Assembly: GCA_964244895.1 (NCBI GenBank)
Contig: CAXTKV010000182.1
Location: 1-10,642 of the forward strand
DNA length: 10,642 bases
Reading direction: 5' to 3'
DNA from: an uncultured Deinococcales bacterium
GTDB taxonomy: Bacteria > Deinococcota > Deinococci > Deinococcales > JAAFIG01
Shown: in pieces, positions 1 to 5,271 of the stretch
Numbering within the stretch: the first letter of the stretch is position 1
Layout of the letters: every line of letters starts with the position of its first letter
Program-made: the position numbers and the translations under genes
The notes under the pieces: model-generated
What the model was told of the DNA's origin: nothing
What the model saw: only the letters and a program-made list of their open reading frames with translations
Databases searched by the model: none

Positions 1-47
1 TTGGTCATGGCTCGAGTGTGTCCGAAAATGGGGCGGTGCGCAAGGGA

Positions 48-53
48 TATCCT
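48..53 (+). promoter_or_regulatory. Putative -10 box (TATCCT), leaderless promoter of the HNH gene
   Basis: TANNNT hexamer 7 nt before ATG 61; no clear Shine-Dalgarno between them. Confidence 0.45.
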
Positions 54-60
54 GGCAGTA

Positions 61-594
61 ATGCGAGATGATTTCAGTCAACTTATAAAGAGAAAACTCG
101 TGGATCGAGTTGGTCATCGTTGCTCCAACCCAAATTGCCGAGCAAGAACTTCTGGCCCTGGACAGGCGGTAAATGCAACAGTCAACGTGGGTGTAGCTGC
201 ACACATCACCGCTGCTTCAGTTGATGGGCCACGATACGACCCGACGCTGACATCTCGAGAACGTAAAGACATTCAGAATGCAATCTGGCTTTGCCAGAAT
301 TGTGGGAAGCTCGTTGACAGTGATTCGCTAAGGTTCACAGTTGAAGTTTTGCGTGATTGGAAAGCCCAAGCCGAACGCGAAGCATCACTCGAGATTGGGA
401 AACCTGTATCACGCGATCCAGCCCTTATAGATGCTCGAGTCCAACGCGCGCTTCAGTGTTACCGTAACAATGGAACACCTAAACCAGAGATTGATAATTG
501 GGACTTGTCGAATGAAGAAAAAGCTGAGTGGTACGACAAGCTCACACTTATGCAATACGGCCTCATTGCGGACGAAAATCCGTACCGACGCTGA
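61..594 (+). CDS. HNH-type (His-Me finger) endonuclease domain protein, ~177 aa
   Basis: The translation from ATG 61 contains RCSNPNC, AAHITAASxxGPRYD and NAIWLCQNCGKLVD. These are the Zn-binding Cys pairs and the AHI..S..GPR motif of the HNH domain family found in defence effectors. ATG 61 lies 7 nt after a TATCCT -10-like box. Manual GC count is ~49%, well below the neighbouring genes. Confidence 0.8.
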   Translation: MRDDFSQLIKRKLVDRVGHRCSNPNCRARTSGPGQAVNATVNVGVAAHITAASVDGPRYDPTLTSRERKDIQNAIWLCQNCGKLVDSDSLRFTVEVLRDWKAQAEREASLEIGKPVSRDPALIDARVQRALQCYRNNGTPKPEIDNWDLSNEEKAEWYDKLTLMQYGLIADENPYRR

Positions 595-602
595 ACGCTA
601 GC

Positions 603-1334
603 TTACACCAGCTTCCCCAGAAAATACGGCAGCATCTGCCTCCACCACGGCCAATCATGGGCCACGTCGTAACCCCAAAAATCGATCCAGGCGGGTACGC
701 CTTTGGCTTCCAGGACGTGTTGCATCCGGTGCGTGTCCTCGATCATGCGTTCTTCCCACGCGCCCTGCCCGACGGCGAACACGATCGTGCTCTGGCGGTA
801 GCGTTCGAGTCGCCACGGGTCGTTCATGTGCTCGAGGTACCACAGGGGCGAGTTGAAGTACGCCGCATCGCCGCCCTCGCCGCCGACGAATTCGCCGACC
901 TGGTACAGCCCGGACAGGGCGATCACGCCGTTGAAAACGTTTGGGTGGCGGAAGAAGAAGTTGGCGGCGTGGAACGCACCCATCGAGCAGCCGGTCGTCC
1001 AGCATTGCTCGAGCCCGGTCGTTTCGCGGACGAACGGCACGATTTCGTCGATGATGTGCGCGTCGTAGGCTTCGTGGCGGCGGGCGCGATCGGCGGGGTG
1101 AATTGATGCGTTCGTCCAGGATTGCCAGTCGATGCTGTCCACCGCGATGAATTTGACTCGACCGGCGTCGATCAGGTGCGCGCAGGCTTCGATCATGCCG
1201 AAGTTCTCGAAATCGTAGAAGCGTCCGTTCTGCGCGGGGAACACGATGATCGGCTGGCCGTAATGTCCGTAGATTTTGAGTTCCATGTCGTGCCCGAGGG
1301 CGTGACTGTAGGCGCGGTGGTATTCGACGTGCAT
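603..1334 (-). CDS. Putative esterase (alpha/beta hydrolase, esterase/lipase superfamily), 243 aa
   Basis: Nucleophile elbow G-C-S-M-G, IALSGLY strand and C-terminal HDWPWW catalytic-His motif. SD AAGGAG at 1344-1339 on the minus strand. Confidence 0.9.
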   Translation of the reverse strand: MHVEYHRAYSHALGHDMELKIYGHYGQPIIVFPAQNGRFYDFENFGMIEACAHLIDAGRVKFIAVDSIDWQSWTNASIHPADRARRHEAYDAHIIDEIVPFVRETTGLEQCWTTGCSMGAFHAANFFFRHPNVFNGVIALSGLYQVGEFVGGEGGDAAYFNSPLWYLEHMNDPWRLERYRQSTIVFAVGQGAWEERMIEDTHRMQHVLEAKGVPAWIDFWGYDVAHDWPWWRQMLPYFLGKLV

Positions 1335-1374
1335 GGGGCTCCTTTAGTGGCTCGAGCGTCATTCCTGATTCTCG

Positions 1375-1424
1375 AGAACACCGTCTGGGACGCAAACTCG
1401 AGAATGCGTGCTGGATGGTGTTCT
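1375..1424. repeat. REP-like inverted doublet 1 (20-nt arms, CTCGAG in loop)
   Basis: AGAACACCGTCTGGGACGCA (1375-1394) and TGCGTGCTGGATGGTGTTCT (1405-1424) pair with three G-U wobbles and one mismatch. The element abuts the ATP-grasp stop codon. Confidence 0.7.
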
Positions 1425-2584
1425 TACGCCCTGCGGTGGATCTCGTCGGCGGCGGCCACGATGGCGCTCAGCTCGGGATGGCGGATGATGAAGCCGTAAT
1501 TGCCGATGGCGCGGCTGAAGACGCCTTCGATGGTGGACGCGTTGACGACCATGCCGCCGAATTGCTGCATGATCTGGTCGTGGTCGAGGGCGTAAGAAAA
1601 ATGGTTCTTGCGTCCGACGTAGGCGCAGAAGTACGGGCGTCTGGCCTGCATGTCCGTCTTGCCCAGCACCAGCACTTCCGCCCAGGCCAGGTACACGTCG
1701 ATGTCGTTGGCGAAATTGAACATGTCGGTGGTCAAGCCACCGGGCGGGCGCATGTTGACTTCCAGGGCCACGATCTCGCCGTCGTCGAGGCGGAAGAACT
1801 CGAGGTGAAAGAAGCGCTCGCGCACGTTGAAGGCTTTCAGCGTGACCTTGCCGAGTCGCTCGAGGTCTTCGGGGATCTCGCGCACGCTGTAGTAGTAGAT
1901 GTCGCTGTCCTCGTTGACGGTCTCCATCACGCCTTTGGAATACTCGTGCGAGGTCGCAAAAACGATCCGGCCTTCGCTGTCCGTCAGGCCGTCGTAGGTC
2001 ACGATCCGGCCCGCGATGAATTCTTCTAAGATGTAATCCACGGGCAGTTTGTCGTTCAGGTAATGCCGGAATTCCCATTCGTCCATGATCTTGTATGTTT
2101 TGGCCGCGCCCACGCCGATGTCGGGTTTGGCGACGACGGGATAGCCGACTTCCTTGATGAAATCCCTGGCTTCTTCTTCGGTCAGGCAGACGCGCCCGCG
2201 CGCCACGCGCACGCCAGCTTTCTGAAAGACCTTCTTCATTTCGGACTTGCGTTTGATCTTCATGATGTCATCGTTTTTGACGCCGAAGACGTTGAAGTCC
2301 GTGCGGAGTTGTGCCTCGGTTTCCAGCCAGTATTCGTTCAGGGAATCAATTCGGTCGATCCTGCCGTAACGGTGCGTGTAGTACCCGATGGCGCGCACCA
2401 TCGCGTCGTAATCGTGCATGTCGTGAACCTTGTAATACTCCGTCAGGCAGGCGCGCAATCTGGAATGCAGGTTGTCGTAGGGCTCGTCAGCCAGCCCGAG
2501 CACGTTCGCGCCGACCTCGCGCAATCGCTGGCAGAAACGGTAGTAGTGAGGCGGGAAGTGCGGTGAGAGAAACACGACGTTCAC
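1424..2584 (-). CDS. ATP-grasp domain protein (putative carboxylate-amine ligase), ~386 aa
   Basis: GYPVVAKPDIGVGA, ILEEFI, FFHLEFF and LEVNMRPPG are ATP-grasp motifs. Start placed at GTG 2584 because AGGAGG (2595-2590) precedes it; the ORF-track extension to 2653 does not look protein-like. Confidence 0.88.
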   Translation of the reverse strand: MNVVFLSPHFPPHYYRFCQRLREVGANVLGLADEPYDNLHSRLRACLTEYYKVHDMHDYDAMVRAIGYYTHRYGRIDRIDSLNEYWLETEAQLRTDFNVFGVKNDDIMKIKRKSEMKKVFQKAGVRVARGRVCLTEEEARDFIKEVGYPVVAKPDIGVGAAKTYKIMDEWEFRHYLNDKLPVDYILEEFIAGRIVTYDGLTDSEGRIVFATSHEYSKGVMETVNEDSDIYYYSVREIPEDLERLGKVTLKAFNVRERFFHLEFFRLDDGEIVALEVNMRPPGGLTTDMFNFANDIDVYLAWAEVLVLGKTDMQARRPYFCAYVGRKNHFSYALDHDQIMQQFGGMVVNASTIEGVFSRAIGNYGFIIRHPELSAIVAAADEIHRRA

Positions 2585-2651
2585 GCGGGCCTCCTGATGT
2601 GCGTACTGGCTCGAGCGGCCTTCACGGGTTCGTTCACGCTGAATGGCGCGC

Positions 2652-2657
2652 ATTCTA
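2652..2657 (-). promoter_or_regulatory. Putative -10 box (TAGAAT) for the ATP-grasp/esterase operon
   Basis: Near-consensus TAGAAT on the minus strand ~70 nt upstream of GTG 2584; no convincing -35 seen. Confidence 0.4.
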
Positions 2658-2832
2658 CGTCAGGCAAGGCCGGGAGTGCTGCGCGTCTCGGGCCTGCCTG
2701 ACCGCTCGAGACGCCAGTTGATCGTCTGGCTCGAGCAATTCTTTTGTCATCCGGAGGGGGCGCGACGAAGAGCCTGTCATTGTCGCTCGGACGCGAAAGC
2801 GTGTGCGACTCGATTCTCGAGAAATCGCGCAC

Positions 2833-2894
2833 GAGAACACCGTCTGGCACGCATTTTCTTGAGCCAGGAGATGTGCGTCCAGGACGGTCTTCCC
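2833..2894. repeat. REP-like inverted doublet 2
   Basis: GAGAACACCGTCTGGCACGCA (2833-2853), nearly identical to the copy at 1374-1394, and inverted TGCGTCCAGGACGGTCTTCCC (2874-2894). Lies just past the hydrolase stop at 2902. Confidence 0.7.
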
Positions 2895-2901
2895 GAGAAG
2901 G

Positions 2902-3765
2902 TTAATTCCGTTTCAGGAACGAAACGATGTCCGGCAAGACTTTCGGCTCGAGATACCGCGCGGCCTTCGCGATGGCCCCGATGATTTCCGTGTGACCCAA
3001 TCCGGGGTAACGAACCACTTCGACCTGACCACCTTTTGCCTTAATTTTGACTTCCAGGTTGGTGGCGTTCTGCGGGTCCACGGTCGTGTCCGCCAGCCCT
3101 TGGAGCAACAGCATCGGCGGGTTCGTGCCGTCCACGTGGTTGATCGGCATGGCGTTCGCCCAGTTCTCTTGCGGCCCGAAGACCTCGCGCAGGTCGGGGC
3201 TCTCCGCGACGAACTTCTCGAAGTCGTACGGTCCGGCCACGCCGATCACGGCCCGTAAACTTCTGCGTTCCAAGCCAACCGCTTTCAGGTACGAGGCGTC
3301 CAGCCCGAGCAGCGCGACGATGTGCGCGCCCGCCGAGTGACCCATCAAATACACGCGCTTCGGATCGCCGCCGTACTTTGAAATATTGTCCTCGACCCAT
3401 TTGACGGCCAGCGCCGCGTCCTGCACGAAGCCCGGAAAGGCGGTTTTGGGCGCGAGGCGGTAGCTGATCGCGACCGTGACGTAGCCCTCGTTGACGAAGC
3501 TCTCGCCCAGGAACGGGTAATCGGAACGGTCGCCGTTGCGCCACGATCCGCCGTGAACGAAGATCAGCACAGGTGCGTCCTTGGCAGCTTTCGGGGCGTA
3601 CACGTCCAGTTTCTGGCGTTCGTTTGTGCCGTAGGCCAGATCCGCCGTCAGGTTGAAGGCGTCCCTCGAGACGGCGCCGTTGATGATCTGAATCGGTGAG
3701 CACGCGATGGTCATCAAACCGAGCGCGAGGGCGGTGAACACGGGACGGACGCGGTTGAAAGTCAT
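2902..3765 (-). CDS. Alpha/beta hydrolase (HSL-like carboxylesterase), probable lipoprotein, ~287 aa
   Basis: HGGSW oxyanion motif, GHSAG nucleophile, D in GLADTTV and H in GLGHTE. From ATG 3765 the N-terminus is basic, then hydrophobic, then TIA-C22 (lipobox-like). Confidence 0.88.
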   Translation of the reverse strand: MTFNRVRPVFTALALGLMTIACSPIQIINGAVSRDAFNLTADLAYGTNERQKLDVYAPKAAKDAPVLIFVHGGSWRNGDRSDYPFLGESFVNEGYVTVAISYRLAPKTAFPGFVQDAALAVKWVEDNISKYGGDPKRVYLMGHSAGAHIVALLGLDASYLKAVGLERRSLRAVIGVAGPYDFEKFVAESPDLREVFGPQENWANAMPINHVDGTNPPMLLLQGLADTTVDPQNATNLEVKIKAKGGQVEVVRYPGLGHTEIIGAIAKAARYLEPKVLPDIVSFLKRN

Positions 3766-3770
3766 GCTGC

Positions 3771-3776
3771 AGTTTA
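3771..3776 (-). promoter_or_regulatory. Putative -10 box (TAAACT), leaderless promoter
   Basis: TANNNT 5 nt before ATG 3765; no SD. Confidence 0.5.
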
Positions 3777-3820
3777 CGGGCGCGCGGTTCAGGCCGTTGT
3801 AGCCCAAAGCTCGAGTTTAT

Positions 3821-3881
3821 GGGGATACCGTCCAGCACGCGATTGTTTCACCTCGAGAAAACGCGTCTGGAACGGTTTTTT
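3821..3881. repeat. REP-like inverted doublet 3 (CTCGAG in spacer)
   Basis: GGGGATACCGTCCAGCACGCG (3821-3841) and CGCGTCTGGAACGGTTTTTT (3862-3881); CTCGAG at 3852. Confidence 0.6.
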
Positions 3882-3985
3882 GACGCCCAACCCCTTGAAG
3901 CCCGAGTCTCGAGGATTGCTCCACGGCACACGCTCTCCCGCAACCTATCCGATCACCTTCCCACGGCTCGAGCCCAGAAATGCGA

Positions 3986-4018
3986 TCCCGGACGGTGCTC
4001 ATTCAGCACCGTCCGGGA
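3986..4018 (-). terminator. Perfect 14-bp stem-loop downstream of the hot-dog gene (two REP-like units back to back; possible terminator or 3' stabiliser)
   Basis: TCCCGGACGGTGCT-CATTC-AGCACCGTCCGGGA, 11 nt beyond the stop codon at 4032-4030. The following U-tract (ATTTCT) is weak. Confidence 0.55.
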
Positions 4019-4029
4019 CGCCGCAAAAT

Positions 4030-4914
4030 TCAATCGCTGACGCGTTCCAACGTCACGACCATGTTGGCCGCGTTGCGGTCGTTGGCGGTCACGGTGCAGC
4101 CGAAGGTCATCTGGCGCTCGGTTTGCGCTTGCGGGGTGACGCTGAAGGTCACGGCTTCGCCCGCCCAGCAGAAATCTGCGGCTTCGACATCGGCGCGCAC
4201 CACCCGGAATTGCCCCGGCTGACCTTTGAGCATCGCGTGACCCGCCAGGTTCTTGAGCTGGTGCATCAGCACCGCGACCGGCATGGCCGGGTAGTTCTGA
4301 AAATGTCCGGCGCACGATTCCAGCGTGACGGATTCCACGCGCCGAATCCAGGTGTCACCGTCGCGTTCGACCGCCCCAAGCGGCACCTGTCCGAAACGCT
4401 CGAAATCTGGGGTGTCCAGGCGGCGGTTTCGGAACAATCGCTCGAAGGCCGCTTCCGCCAGGATCGTGTACACGACTTCCAGCCGACAGACGGGCTCACC
4501 GAGCGCGGTCGCCGTGACCAGCGCCCGCGCCTGGCGCTTGTCGAGGCTCAAGACCTCGGCCCGAATTTCGATCGGCGTGCCGTAGGGTGCGCGGTTGTCG
4601 AAGCCCGTGTACAACGCCTGGCGCGCCAGGTAGTAGCGGCGGTCGCCATCGGGTTGGGCGCTGGCGGCGGCGCACAATCCGGCGATGGCGGCGTGGCGGC
4701 TCAGTTCCGCGCCCTGGATCGGCCCGATTTCAGAGTTGGGCGCGTTTTCGGCGCTGACCGCGGCGATCAGCACCTCGCCGTGGGCTGCGGTCTCGAGGCG
4801 CAGGTCGTTCAGCGCGAAGTACGGTGGGCGCACACAGATGCGCGCCAGCACGTCCGCCGTGGCCAGATTGCGGCTGTGAGGAATGGTTCCAGTACCGTCT
4901 GTGACGTAAAGCAT
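4030..4914 (-). CDS. Tandem hot-dog-fold protein (FabZ/FabA-like dehydratase or AfsA-like acyl-ACP enzyme), ~294 aa
   Basis: The N-terminal DVLARICVRPPYFALNDL resembles the FabZ start (ILxLLPHRxPFLLVD). AELSRH resembles the AfsA ExxRQ helix. The C-terminal AGHFQNYPAMPVAVLM resembles FabZ/FabA GHFPxxPxxPG. The length fits two hot-dog modules. GGAGG (4928-4924) lies 9 nt before ATG 4914. Confidence 0.65.
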   Translation of the reverse strand: MLYVTDGTGTIPHSRNLATADVLARICVRPPYFALNDLRLETAAHGEVLIAAVSAENAPNSEIGPIQGAELSRHAAIAGLCAAASAQPDGDRRYYLARQALYTGFDNRAPYGTPIEIRAEVLSLDKRQARALVTATALGEPVCRLEVVYTILAEAAFERLFRNRRLDTPDFERFGQVPLGAVERDGDTWIRRVESVTLESCAGHFQNYPAMPVAVLMHQLKNLAGHAMLKGQPGQFRVVRADVEAADFCWAGEAVTFSVTPQAQTERQMTFGCTVTANDRNAANMVVTLERVSD

Positions 4915-5036
4915 AGGCAAGCCCCTCCCAAGGCCAGGTTCCGTGCCGGAACGATATCAATGTCTATTGCCGACGAACTTCCCGATCATTCCCGGTCGCG
5001 TTGCGGCTTCGTTTGCGCCGATCCGACCACGCCTGG

Positions 5037-5081
5037 ATTTTACTCGAGCATTCTTTGGGCAGTCTTTGCATTTTGATACAA
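5037..5081 (-). promoter_or_regulatory. Putative promoter of the hot-dog gene: -10 TAAAAT plus upstream imperfect palindrome
   Basis: AT-rich island at ~5037-5111. TAAAAT at 5042-5037 on the minus strand; TTGCAT-N4-ATACAA palindrome at 5066-5081. Confidence 0.4.
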
Positions 5082-5151
5082 GCGCTTTATTGCAAGAAAG
5101 AATTCGATTTCCTGGGGCGACTCGAGCCGCAGTCCTCAGCCCGAACCAAAT

Positions 5152-5214
5152 CAGGGATACCGTCCAGGACGGCGTCCCTGCGTTTTCAGCGGTTGCGTGC
5201 CAGATGGTCTTCCC
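5152..5214. repeat. REP-like inverted doublet 4
   Basis: GGGATACCGTCCAGGACGG (5154-5172, inside an imperfect palindrome at 5152-5180) and inverted TGCGTGCCAGATGGTCTTCCC (5194-5214). Confidence 0.65.
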
Positions 5215-5237
5215 GTGAACCCTCGAGCCCGGCTCGG

Positions 5238-5267
5238 CCCTGACTTCTGACCCCTGACTTCTGACCA
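5238..5267. repeat. Short tandem heptamer repeat (CTGACTT/CTGACCC x4)
   Basis: CTGACTT-CTGACCC-CTGACTT-CTGACCA at 5240-5267, equivalently CCCTGACTTCTGAC x2 at 5238-5265. Immediately after the GGDEF-EAL stop codon. Confidence 0.75.
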
Positions 5268-5271
5268 GTTC

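Noticed and set aside
3817..4040. Small intergenic ORFs (3817-4002-, 3819-4040+; likewise 2581-2850-, 4943-5218+, 10318-10566-)
   Set aside because: They run through repeat hairpins, lack SD or -10 support and show no recognisable motifs.
4030..4914. Assigning fabZ, fabA or afsA as gene symbol
   Set aside because: The protein is twice FabZ length, the catalytic motifs are only partly conserved, and the genomic context does not fit.
603..4914. One biosynthetic cluster spanning hot-dog, lipoprotein hydrolase, ATP-grasp and esterase
   Set aside because: Although co-oriented, they are separated by 260-320-nt gaps with hairpins and separate promoter-like boxes, and there is no carrier protein or transporter.
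4921..5030. c-di-GMP riboswitch in the hot-dog gene leader
   Set aside because: GCAAAC..AGCC is only a partial echo of class I; the GAAA-tetraloop stem is missing, as is the class II GUGCAACC element. An Rfam scan would settle it.
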